64,000 bases of DNA, taken from NCBI GenBank assembly GCA_009103225.1, contig RHPI01001965.1, positions 325,114 through 389,113 of the forward strand. The letters run 5' to 3'. The notes beneath the pieces are model-generated. The model saw only the letters and a program-made list of their open reading frames with translations, was not told where the DNA came from and did no database searches. Position 1 is the first letter of the stretch. Each line of letters begins with the position of its first letter. Below are positions 26,156 through 38,354 of this stretch, one piece after another. Made by a program: the position numbers and the translations under genes. Source of the DNA: Chlorokybus atmophyticus. Lineage: Eukaryota; Plantae; Mesostigma and Chlorokybus algae.

Positions 26156-26315
26156 GGCGTTTAGCTGCTTGGTTTGAACGAAAATTGTGCATGCATGCTA
26201 ATCAAGTAAGCATGCACGCGACAACCATGCATACACTAACTTGATTGGTTCAATCAAGCATGTACACGACAAGCATGCATGCACAAATCCAATTTAAACC
26301 AAGCAGCTAAACGTC
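26156..26315. mobile_element. 160-bp MITE-like element with ~44-bp imperfect TIRs and TA flanks
   Basis: Left GGCGTTTAGCTGCTTGGTTT...TTGTGCATGCATGCT; right AGCATGCATGCACAA...AAACCAAGCAGCTAAACGTC; TA at 26154-55 and 26316-17. Confidence 0.7.
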
Positions 26316-26943
26316 TAGCAAAAAAGTTGGCAAAAAGGGGCGCCAACAATGTTGCTCCTCTATATACACCGTCCATAATCAAACGTTCCAATTCCCCCAA
26401 GCACATATAGTTTTTAATTAACCAGACTCCCTGCGTATTCCCGCAGAGAATCTAGCTGACACTCGTCCGCGTCGCCGCCGCCATCATCGAAATACACGGC
26501 AAATTGGTTGGAATTTCTTAGTGCAACCCAAATTCAAATCCAGATATGTAACATAAACATAGCTATCGTAAGTAAAGATGGATTGGAACGGTTTTTTTTT
26601 GCAGCTTATTGTCATTATGACAATGAAGTGCCACGTGTACGATAGTAAGTTAAGACGCGAGACTGAGGCATGACCCGCAATGCCAATGCATGGCACGCGT
26701 TGTGTTAGCAACACAGTGAAAACCACACGATGCAAAGTTTTAATGGGTTCAATGGGTAGAGCACATCTCATCTGTCAATTGCCGATGCGCACAGTTCAAG
26801 AATACGCAAATTGCAGCGATTAACGAAAGCGAATTGAAAATCATAGCGTTAGCAGGGAAGATGAATAATAGCTTTGTAATGGTATAGCTTTACAATACTA
26901 TCAATTGTTTGCTCACATGATGAAGGTGGCAATAAGTAATGTA

Positions 26944-27047
26944 TTAAATATGTGATTAACCTCGTATTACCATTATATGAATATAGTTGAAATGTACATT
27001 TCAACTATATTCATATAGTGATAATACGAGGTTAATCACATATTTAA
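26944..27047. repeat. 104-bp near-perfect AT-rich palindrome (52-bp arms, no spacer, 2 mismatches)
   Basis: Base-by-base comparison of the arms; centre AATGT|ACATT. Confidence 0.95.
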
Positions 27048-27462
27048 ATTTGTGCTTATGTAACGTTTTTGTCTTAACTCCATATTCAAAATCAGTTAGC
27101 GCCTCTCGCTACATTAAAAACAATATATGGTCTGTTACCAAAGCTTTCGACCACTTCAAACGATAAATGAATACCGACATTAAATATGTATCGTAATTAT
27201 GATAAGCACATGTAAAACATAACAAGTTGCGGGAGCGAAGTAGATTGAAGAAACGAAATCATATTACAAATGATTCAATTATCGGCATTAAAATTCAATT
27301 TCACAACTGAGATAACTATGAAGGAATCAATTCCTTAATGGAAAAGAAGTGCCATGCATTATAGGCAGCTGCGTAACACGCCTGTATTGACCACTGTTTG
27401 CTACCCATGTACGCCGCTGCCGCTGTAACACATGCGAGAGCGCCGGCGTACAATCACGCTCA

Positions 27463-27977
27463 GTTTCTACGACGCAGAGCAAACCAATAGCGGCGCTTCA
27501 TAAATGCCGACCACCGTTACAATCTGGTCATGCATATGTAACAGATCGCATGTTTTGCAACTTGAAGATTATCAAGATAAAAAGATTGACAACCGAAATG
27601 GGAGCGGTTATTTATAGGCCGCTGTCGTTGCTACAATGACGTTTGCATCGCGCAAGGCAGACTCGTAGTGGCGCTTCATGCATGGCGACCACCGACAAAT
27701 GCCGGCCATTAACATGTACTACACTAGTAGCAGACCAATCGTTAGACGAGATTGCTTGGAAAAAGAACGCCGACAATTGAATTGCTGTAATGACATGCAT
27801 GTCAGTGACCGACGGTTGAGCAAGTTTGCATAAAATATGAACGTTGACGACCGAAATAAGAGCGTTTAATTGTAGGCTGCTGTCGTTGCTGTAATGACGT
27901 TTGTACGGCGCAGAGCAGACTAGTAGTGGCGCTTCATGCATGCCGATCATCGACAAATGCGGGTCATTAACACGTAG
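27463..27977. repeat. Imperfect direct repeats, ~130-bp core with ~259-bp period, plus a partial third copy
   Basis: TTGAC.ACCGAAAT...AGTGGCGCTTCATGCATG...ACAAATGC at 27586-27718 and 27845-27977; partial copy at 27463-27516. Confidence 0.75.
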
Positions 27978-29034
27978 CAGACTAACAGTTAGCTAAGTTT
28001 GCACGCCGTTGAAAAAGTGGGCGCGAACGGCTATATTGCTTTGATTGTGCGTCCGAGGGTTTCCATTCAAGGTTAACATTATTATGGCGTCTAAAGGGGT
28101 CCCCATAACATTCAAAAGTCACGCGCATACGTGATCGATCATGCGCGCAATAGCACAATGCGGCTACACGCGAAGCGTCGGATCCTCAGGCAGCGCCGCG
28201 CAAAGCGCCATCGAGGATGAAAGAGACGCCGTCCGACTGTTTGACGTAGAACTGGCGGTAACCATATGAGTAGCATAAACCTATGTGTTCATAGTGAATC
28301 GTATACGACCGCATACATCGGCTGTTAGACCAAGTGAAGGAAATGCGTGTTGGGGCAGACCTCGCCTAAGGCAGGGAAGAGGTGTAAGCAACAAACATTG
28401 GGCGTAACCTGTAGCGCAAGTAGACGGGGTTGGTGCGGTGTTGCACGACCATACGTGTGGGTGCTTGCGCTTTCCCATGTCTAAGGCCTAGCCCCCGCCA
28501 CCCCTCGCCGCCAACGCGGCGCATATGTATATATATGAATACTATATTGCAACGGCAATTAGCAGTGAGACACGCACAAGGCTAGTAGTTGGTAGTTCAG
28601 TGCAGTGGATTGGCCCGGTGGTGACAACGGTGAAATGTCTACTTGTGTGCATGTAATGCTAGAATGGTTGGAATGCATTGCATGCGTGTGCCTAATAGCA
28701 CGTCATATATCCTGTACACTACCAGGGCAGACAGAGCAACACAACACTTACTCCCTACACACATTGGTGTCATGGATTTATGTCTCGTCTCAACCCCGCA
28801 TTGCATACTTTGTACACCCGCTTCCTGGCTTCAATGTTTTGCATAAAAGCAGCATCACGGCATACTCAGGCTGTGCCATTCAACTCGTGCTTCAGATGTT
28901 CATTTCAATTGTCTCTGTCTTGCACAACCGCTCAGCATCAAGTTCAATACCCGGTTGGGTGGTGCCATGCATTCATGCGCAGCAAACAATCACCAAGTTC
29001 AGCATCCATTGGTGGTGGTTGTCAGGACCAATCA

Positions 29035-32000
29035 TCAAGCTAACTCAAGTCCTGACGTTGGCAAACCACTAGCAACATCAGCCACAAACACATTTGCTGA
29101 CTCGCTCCAGCCTGCCAATGTGTCAGAAGACGAGGCCTGCCAAATAGATTCACATTGTAAACACGCTTACCAACGTTGCTGGTAATGCTGACTCTTGCGG
29201 TGCATACCTTACTGATGCCATACCACCTGCATTGCAAAACAGCATGAGTCTGATGAAGCAAGCAGGACTCAAAACGACTTTGCAAACCAAAACCAAGCAC
29301 TTGGAGATGAACAAGCTAGCACCAATCAAACGCATTCACGAGCCCGCAGCTCGACACCTTGAGTCGCCGCGAAATGCAAACTGTTGGGCTGCGCCACCGT
29401 CTTGATCCCAATGCCCAGCCACGACCTCATAATCAGTGCCAGCCACATAACACCACTGAGGGTTGATGCTGGAGAAGTGCAAAGATGTCACCTGCCACAC
29501 AGTAGACAATTTGAGTGAGGGTCATGCTGACAACGTACTGCTGTCATGGAACCCATGCACGTGGCTGTTTAGCTGATGAATATGCTATTTTGCACACCAA
29601 GGCACAACTGACCTCAAACTTGAGGCAGTTCACCCACTTCCGCCTACAACCCCACTTCTTGATGTCATAAACGCACATGTTGCGCTCTCCGCCAGCAACC
29701 CCTATAATATGCGTTTTGCCCTTAGATTCGCCACACCAGGCTATCGTCCAGCTTCCGTAGTTGTGGTTGTGCGCGTGCTTATGTATGCACGCGTGCGTGT
29801 GTACGATGCATCTTGCGTCTACCTATGATGCCGCGACTGCACGCAAGGGCAGATAACGGCAGCCCAGTCCAGTCATCTGTCACTCGCTGAACGCACCCAC
29901 CCCTTTCGCCCGCTCTTGCGTCCCAAACACTGAACTGCCTAACCGCAAGGCAGTTTGCATGTGGCAATTTGCATGCGTGCATGTGAAGCGGTGTAGCCTT
30001 CAAGCAACAAACCTGACAGCCTTCCGTCACAACAATGGTGTTGCTGCCTGCAGTGTCTTCAGCAGACAAGAATGCTATGGCGGTTGGGAATGTGGGCCTG
30101 GCACCAGCAGGAGTCGGACTCACTAACCCACCATTGAATCAAGGAACGGGAAGTGCACTCGCATGTACACTTACGTGTACATCGTTCGCAGGTGTCTGTC
30201 ACCCTGATAGAGGTCAAGCCTTCGGCCAAAGCGATGCGCGGTGGCTACCTGCAAGGTTAGGGCGATGCACATATTGTCAGTAACTGGCAGCCATGAAGGC
30301 TGCTGCACAACCAGCGCAAAGCACACCGCTGAGATACTGTCCCTCCCAGGCTGCTGCTTACTACTGGCCAAGCGTCTGCGAAAGCCAGTCCTGCCCACCC
30401 TGCCTCAACACCTTCTGCCTTCGGCGGTGTCAGTGTGAGTGAGTTGCTGACTGTCATTTCTCCATCTGCAAATGCATTGTCAATAATGGATGGCCAGCGA
30501 GCACAATGTCATGGCTCAAGGGGAATGAAGCAACAAAAGCCGCGGGGGCGAGGCTTCAGTCCACTGCACGCACGCGCGCGCGTACAGGCACAGGCAAAGG
30601 CACACGCGCCCAAGGCACGCGCTTGCGTACACGAACACACCCACGCGCAGGTATGCGTACACGCGTGTGCATAGTGGGCACGTGCACACACTCAGGCAGG
30701 CAGGGGCACACACGGAGAGAGAGCGAGAGGGAGAGAGCGAGAGGGAGAGAGCGAGAGGGAGAGCGAGAGGGAGAGCGAGAGGGAGAGCGAGAGGGAGAGC
30801 GAGAGGGAGAGCGAGAGGGAGAGCGAGAGGGAGAGCGAGAGGGAGAGCGAGAGGGAGAGCGAGAGGGAGAGCGAGAGGGAGAGCGAGAGGGAGAGCGAGA
30901 GGGAGAGCGAGAGGGAGAGCGAGAGGGAGAGCGAGAGGGAGAGCGAGAGGGAGAGCGAGAGGGAGAGCGAGAGGGAGAGCGAGAGGGAGAGCGAGAGGGA
31001 GAGCGAGAGGGAGAGCGAGAGGGAGAGCGAGAGGGAGAGCGAGAGGGAGAGCGAGAGGGAGAGCGAGAGGGAGAGCGAGAGGGAGAGCGAGAGGGAGAGC
31101 GAGAGGGAGAGCGAGAGGGAGAGCGAGAGGGAGAGCGAGAGGGAGAGCGAGAGGGAGAGCGAGAGGGAGAGCGAGAGGGAGAGCGAGAGGGAGAGCGAGA
31201 GGGAGAGCGAGAGGGAGAGCGAGAGGGAGAGCGAGAGGGAGAGCGAGAGGGAGAGCGAGAGGGAGAGCGAGAGGGAGAGCGAGAGGGAGAGCGAGAGGGA
31301 GAGCGAGAGGGAGAGCGAGAGGGAGAGCGAGAGGGAGAGCGAGAGGGAGAGCGAGAGGGAGAGCGAGAGGGAGAGCGAGAGGGAGAGCGAGAGGGAGAGC
31401 GAGAGGGAGAGCGAGAGGGAGAGCGAGAGGGAGAGCGAGAGGGAGAGCGAGAGGGAGAGCGAGAGGGAGAGCGAGAGGGAGNCACACATCAAAGCATACC
31501 TTTCGTTGACAGCGAAGCCACTTTGGCTGTTCCACATGCGTCGACAGTACCCAGCAGCACAGCATCACCTATGCAGGCACAGTCAGCACACCTCTGTCAG
31601 GCAACACTGGCTTCTGTCAACAACAAAGCTCACCAGCTTCCTGCTCGCGCAATGCCACGCTCTGCACTTCTGCTTCATGCGCAAACCCAAGTGGAGTTGT
31701 AACAGCTGGCTGCAGAACCACAGCTCTTCACTACGAGGAACATATTGCGCTGTGGACAGTTCCGTAGCATTTCTGCAGTGGCGTGAGCTCACGACAATAA
31801 CTTACCTCGATGGGTGTGGGCACCAGCAGACCTTCCTTGCCTTCTCGCAAGCTGTAGTTATGCGCATTGCTCACCTGCCAGAATCAGTACTTACGCTGGT
31901 CACAAGTGGCCTTGCTGCTAGTTATTTCTGTGTGTGCAGCCGCGGGCTCGTCAAGTTTTTTTACTAACCCAGCGTCGTGCCATGGGCAGTTCACATGTGC

Positions 32001-32367
32001 TCACACAGAAAGCGAGGCTGAGCCAGGTTGTCATGCAACTGCCACCGATAGCAACTGACCTGAGCTGCAAGCACAGTCGCTCCAGTGGCGACAAAGCAAC
32101 GGATGCTCCCAGATTCATCAGCAGCCTGTAACACATGAACAAAACGTCTTACAACTGACACAATGCCTTCTTCATGCGCTTCATGCAGAGTCGCAAAGCT
32201 CATGCTGCATGCTAAGCACAGCAAGCTCTGCCTCCACTGTCTCTCACCTGCACGGCAACCCTGCAGCCATGCGCACTAGCAGGAGACAGGGGCACTCCTC
32301 CAGTCTCCACAGCTGACTTCACCAGACAACGAGGCCACAACAATGGCCTAGCTACCAACACCCCCAT
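29035..32367 (-). CDS. Uncharacterised plant-type WD40-like beta-propeller protein, about 11 exons, one apparent 1-nt frameshift near 29645
   Basis: Exons HEAEVQSVAL, LLGTVDACG, VEAGWAGLAF, RRLDLYQGDRHLRT, IVVTEGCQ, VWDARAGERGGCVQRV, KWVNCLKFE, VAGTDYEV, FAFRGDSRWYGISK, LAGWSESANVFVADV match in order a conserved plant protein recalled from memory. Confidence 0.8.
30715..31482. repeat. Near-perfect 12-bp tandem array (GAGAGGGAGAGC)n, ~64 units, intronic, ending in an N
   Basis: Direct reading of the sequence. Confidence 0.97.
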
Positions 32368-32754
32368 TGCCACCGCCGCCACCGCCAGCAACAGCGACGT
32401 CCTGCTGCATTTGCATGTACACTAGATCCGACGAACTCGACTGCTGGGATCGGGATTCATCGACCCGTTGGCTAGGATTAGGGTTTCTCGCCAAATTGTC
32501 AGCTGGCCAAACGGAGGTGGTGGCCGTGGCGGTGGCGGCGCTGGTCTACGAGGCGGCGGTGGAGAATTTCATATCACTGTGTTGTTGATTGCGTGGCTGC
32601 CTTCCGTTACACGAAAGTTGATGCTGCCGCGTTTTTGTATTGCGGGAATGTATTGCGCGGTCCGCTGCATGGTCCACTGCCAGTGAACGGCACAGTAGTG
32701 CAGCTTGTAGTAGCCTGACCGGCGAGTGTCGTTGGCAATCAATCTGAGAGTTAG

Positions 32755-34891
32755 ATGATTTACACAACCCTAGACTCTTTCTATGTTAGTGAAGAGGAGC
32801 TCGTCAATTCTCCCTCCGCACAAGATGGCGTTGACCCGGACATGGAGGCGAAGCTGCGGTATTATGGCTGTGATCTCATTCAGACCGCAGGCATCCTTCT
32901 GCGACTGTAAGTCATATTTTAATCTTGAACATGCCATCACTACGCAAATACGCAATTGCAGACACAAGCATTTTCCTGGCATGCACTGATCAAGCTGAAC
33001 AGTTGTACGTGTTCTCCATGCTTCGTGGTTGCATTCAATGTGTACAAGAGCTGCTATGCGGACATAAGACTTTCTGCGTTCTGATTACGCTTTGTCAACA
33101 CAGTCCACAGGCGGCCATGGCTACGGGACAAGTAGTGTTGCATCGCTTTTACTGCAAGCAATCTTTGGCACGCTGGAATGTCAAGGTTGGTCTCCATCCG
33201 CATTTCATTGCTATTGGCAGTTGCTCTTGTAAGTTCTCATTTAACATACTTGGCTCCGCTGGATCAAGACAGCAGTGCTTTCAAAGCCTTGTGTTGTACA
33301 GACGTTAGCAATGGCCTCTGTATGGCTCGCTGCCAAACTGGAAGAGAGCCCACGGAAGATTCGGGACGTGCTTTGTGTTTTTCATCGAATTGAACAAAGG
33401 CGCACTGGAGGCTCTGTGCATGTGTTGGACATGTGGTCAGAGGTAAGTGTGCATGCTTGCATGGTGCAAGCTGTCTTTGTCCAGGTTGCAACGGTTTGAA
33501 TTGATTGTCACTGGCGTACAGCAATATGAGAAGTCCAAGTCAGAAGTCATACGAGCTGAGCGCCATATCCTCAAGGAGATGGGGTTTATTGCGCATGTTG
33601 AACACCCGCACAAGTTCGTGATTTCATTGATACAGACATTAAACTTTCCACCTGAATTGCGTCAACCATGCTGGAATATGGTCAATGACAGGTAAGAAAT
33701 CGTCACGGCAACTTGTCATTACACTACACACACACACACAACTACAATGCCGGCCCCAGATATTGGGTGTGTCGTATTGACCGTTTCGCACATGTTTGCA
33801 GTTTGCGTACCTCACTGTGCGTGCGCTACAAGACTGAGGTGGTTGCTTGTGGGGTAATCTACTTGGCTGCCCGCCAGTTGCAAGTGCCACTGCCAGAGGA
33901 CCCACCTTGGTGGCTGCTGTTCAACACAGACAGAACCCAGCTGGAAGATGTCTGCCGCGTTCTCCTCAAGATGTATGCGATGCCGAAACCAGATGACCTC
34001 CCTCTCGTTGATATGGGCGCCATCCCACTCTCTTTTGGAGAGGTTGCCAAGGTACTAGAAGCTGTGATGTTGTCATGTTGAATAGCGATGGTCATGCTGT
34101 TGGTGCGTGAGTGCTTTGTCTGCTGCTATGCAAACAAAAAGTCTCCTGGCTATCATGCACTTTGAGTTGCAGAATGAGTGGCATGACTTGTTGCTTGGCT
34201 CATGTGGACACTGGTGCAGGCTTCCACAGCGTTCTTGACCAATGGAAACACAACCCCTGTGTTACCATCATCATCGGCAGCACAGAGGCCAGAGGGCACC
34301 CGCTCTGTTGCTGGCAGTGAGGGCGGGAGCATCCACTTGGAGGATGGTGGAGCACAAGCTGAAGGAGGCACTGGCGCCCCTGATGGCAATGCAAGTGAAA
34401 AGCGCGCTTCGTCCACAGAGTCTGCCTTGCAACTGGAGCGCGAATCTAGACTGCAACCTGCAGAGGGTCCTGCTGAAGTTGATCAGCTACGCCAACCAGG
34501 CGCGTCATCACCTCCCGACAGGGGTACCTAATGCCACATGCTGTTGCCGTCTTTCATGTGCGGTTGAGCAGCTGACGGTTGTTTTGTTACAGATGCAAGT
34601 AGGCGCAAGTCAGTTGAACCCTCTCAGGAAGGCGAGCAGGATAGGACTCGTGAGTCAAGAGACGGGCGCAGGAGCAGTGACCATGGATTGGATCGCCACC
34701 ACAGACACCGGGACCGCTCTCATAGCACAGGTCATGATAGACACCGTGACAGGGAGGTCCAGGAACGCAGCAGAGGGGTTCATGATCACAGCAAGCGAGA
34801 TTACTTGAGGGATCGCGACCGGCATGCGCGCGACAAGGGACGCGGTGATCGTTATCATCCCTATGAAAGGCCCAGACATAAGGACGGCTAG
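32755..34891 (+). CDS. CYCL1: Cyclin L1 with RS/RD-rich C-terminus
   Basis: MIYTTLDSFYVSEEEL..SPS..DG, YGCDLIQTAGILLRL, QAAMATGQVVLHRFYCK, WLAAKLEESPRK, ERHILKEMGFIAHVEHPHKF, LRTSLCVRY, VPLPEDPPWW. Confidence 0.95.
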
Positions 34892-37506
34892 CAACAGTTG
34901 TGTTGTTCTTTGCTCTGTAGCTCTCAATCTGCACTATGCTTCGCAGTTTTCAACAGGAACTGCAGGGCTGAGGGCGGTATCGTAGACGGTTTGCCAAGCT
35001 CAACAGCTACTGGTGTGTTGCAATGAGCTATTGGCCTGGTGCAGTGGAATTTGTGAACTGGTGGTTTTAACTGTTCTGAACTGTGCTTTGCAGTGGTTGC
35101 ATGTGCTTTATGCAGCGGGTGTTGGCTCTGAGTTTGCGCAGTGCTGTCATACACTGGTTCTGCGATTGGCGGCCTTCATGGTGAGTGTCGTACTTCCTAC
35201 CACTGTCTTGTCTTCGTGGGTGATGCGCAGTGGCATCCAGCATGTTCCGATGTTCTTCCATGCTGGAGGCAACTGTAGAAGGATTGCTCCGGCCTCAAGG
35301 CTCACCTGAGGAGTGCTACTCGACTTGCATGGCTGCAAGGCAGGTGACTGTGCATGCAGCAATATGAAGACACTGACTGGCTGTTAACATGCCTGTCAAG
35401 GGCATACTGTAAGAGAGAGAGAACTGCTTTTAACCTAGGTTGTTGGTCTCAAACAGATTGTGCAGTGCGAGTGGTTTCTGGTTTTTGACAGGGTTGACAG
35501 AGTTGTTCGGAAGTTGCCGAGGATCGTTTTCTGTCACAACGCATAGTCCTTGTAGTGAGTTATGCATGCTTGTTTCATCACTCAGGCTTGGACACTTGAT
35601 GCGTCAGCGAGACATGCTACCTTCTAGTTGTGTTGTTTGCTAATGGTATCATGCTTAATTCTTTATTGATGTCATTGGCATTGTCATGAGGATGATGCAA
35701 AATACATCCTTCGCCACTATGCTCGCCTCATGATTTGCAAGCTTATCTCTCATGTCAACTTTCTACAGCGCAGCATAGCACTTGATTGTCGTAGTGCTGC
35801 GAGATTTTTGTTAGAAAAGTTATCTTAGCATGGCCGTATTATGCAACTTTACAAAAAATCCGATGATGCTCATTGCTAGGTAAGTCAATTGCACAGATTT
35901 CTGTCATTACTATCAATGGCCACAAACTTTTATGCTATGTAGTACACGTCCATGCCTACCAACAATGCCAATACAGCCACACGGCCTACACTGCCGTGGC
36001 CAGCAGCAAAGCGGCTTCCTCCATGCTGGGGCCGGCAACTGCGGTGGCCCCCAGCTTGATAAGTCAATTGCGCAGCCCCGCAGGGGTAATAGAAAAGCTA
36101 CATTTCCAAGCATTTCCCCCCAATATGGAAATGTCAAGGCACCATGATGATGTTGCAACTTACATTTACATTTAACTTGTTGGTGAGTGTCATAGTTATG
36201 TTAACGCACATGTTGACGCACATTTTGATCTCATACTTTATTGGTGTACTATGGTGCGCAATTAGACACCACAATTCTATATCCCTTTCACTGTTTATAT
36301 AAACAGTCATGTTATAAACAATCTAATTGCTAAGTAGAACCTATTTATGCATACATTTTGATACAGTGATACAAATTTTATAAGGTTCAAACACATAAAC
36401 TTAAATATCATATATCTTTAAAAACATCACAAGCACGTAGTGCGCAATTGTTTTACTGTCACATCATTTATAACATCTTACCTTTGAACAATAAATTTCT
36501 CTTTCATAAGTGTATAATTGTATATCTTCTTGCTAATAGCGGCGCTACATGGTGTTGCATGCTGCTTAAATTGACTCTCCGCCAATGACATCTGCATCCC
36601 GAGGCAAGGAAGAGGGGACCAACCACGCACTGCACGCATTTGGCCTTATACCTTAAAATCGACAGTGCAATAATTTATTGTTGTGAGATGTGACGTTTAG
36701 GTTGTGGAACACTATCCATGTTTAAATCATCGTTATGTGTATGCTGCATGTAGTCATCCTCCTCTCTCCTCTCTCTGTTGTCCTGTCCTTGCGCTGCTTA
36801 AGTGTAGGTTGCCGCTTGTCTCTACTCTGCGGTACCGTGCATGTGCTTTGTGCTTGCCTTCATTTTCGTGTTGCACCTAAGCACACAACAACACCCACTG
36901 CAGGACGTAAGTTGATGCTTGCCCCATTACAGGTGTTGTTTTGTATTTGAATGTTTGGCAAACACTAATTGCACATGCGCCTGCTATGATGTTGATGCCT
37001 GCGGTTTGTTAACATTATTATGTGTTTTGTTTGCCTCAATGCCATACCATACGTGTATCATCCATGACCAATCTGACATGTTAGTAAACTTTTCCCTCCC
37101 CACAACGATAACTTGCAGCACTGTATGTCAACTGACTCACTTCGTATAACCTACACCTTGCATGATGCCTCATCATTAGTGATGTAAATCATGTGACCCC
37201 CCCATTTGCACATTGATAACATCAACATTATGGTGCTTTCTGCACCGCAACGTCAGCAGCCGCGCGTTACAAGCAGCGGTATACAGCGTAGACGCAGAAG
37301 GGGAGACGTCGCCGCTGCGTCCTTTGCAATGCAACGTTTGCACTGTGCCAAGTAGTGCCGGCAGGCACGCAGCTTTGCCGCAGCGCATGCATGCAGTGTG
37401 TACGGTGCACTCGCCCCGCCTGATTGCTGGCGGTGACATTGCCGTCCGCCGCCGTGGAGAGGTGAGCTTGGAGGACGAACAGTAGTAGGGGCGTTCAGCA
37501 GCAGCT

Positions 37507-37872
37507 ATGAGCGACCAGCTGGCATACCCGCCCCCCTTGCCAAACGACCCCAGCGTCCCGGACTTTGCCCCGCCGTTCGACGGGACGCGCTGGCCGCTGG
37601 GGGTGTTCTTGTTCACCTACGGAGCGGTAGGCCTCGTCGCCCTGTGCGTGCTGGTGGCCTTCACGTTGTACAGGCTGAGCCACCGCGCCCGACGCGCCAG
37701 CGACGGCGAGGGGCAGGGCTTGACCTACGACGCTCTCGCTAGCGACAGGAAGGCGATGCTGGCCAGCAAGGCCGAGCTGGGCGACATCCGCCCGGGCACC
37801 CCGCCGGATTCTCAGTGGGACCCTGTCAGCTTCCCCGTGAAGGATGGCCGGCCTGGAGGAAGCGGCGTTTGA
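37507..37872 (+). CDS. Intronless 121-aa single-pass membrane protein of unknown function
   Basis: ATG-TGA ORF with GC3-rich codons and one hydrophobic helix (LGVFLFTYGAVGLVALCVLVAFTLY) followed by basic residues. Confidence 0.6.
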   Translation: MSDQLAYPPPLPNDPSVPDFAPPFDGTRWPLGVFLFTYGAVGLVALCVLVAFTLYRLSHRARRASDGEGQGLTYDALASDRKAMLASKAELGDIRPGTPPDSQWDPVSFPVKDGRPGGSGV

Positions 37873-38354
37873 TGTCACAGCACCATCATCCATGAAGCGG
37901 TACTTTGAAGCCATCAAGCGAGGCAATGCCGCCCTATCCTGATGCTGGTATTCACTTGGTGGTATGGCTAAGCTTGCCAGTTTTGCCAATCTTTGCAGTG
38001 ACATACGTAGACAGGCATTCTTGGTCGCCTTGGTTTTGCCCTGTCAACTTGGGTTTGAGCCCACATGTAGATATTCCCGCAGCAGCACTACTACGTAGTA
38101 TGAACCCCTTTATGCCGTTTGGCACCATTGAAGTGGAATGCCGTCCTTTCTTGCACGCTGTAGTTTTGACACTGTACTGCTGGGTTGTATATAAACCTGC
38201 GTAAACCGCTGCCGAAACTGGTTACTGTGTATGTGTTGTTGAGCACACTGGATTGACACGCACAACAGCAATGCTGTTAGCGTCAGCATGGCCTTGTTGA
38301 GGACATCTTTCCGTGAACATGTCGTCAATGTTAAAAGCAGACTAACAGCCAGCA

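Noticed and set aside
30506-31702. Long ORFs in five frames (poly-EREG, LPLA, SPSR, RARG, SL)
   Set aside because: These are translations of the 12-bp tandem repeat, which has no stop codons; it lies in an intron of the WD40-like gene.
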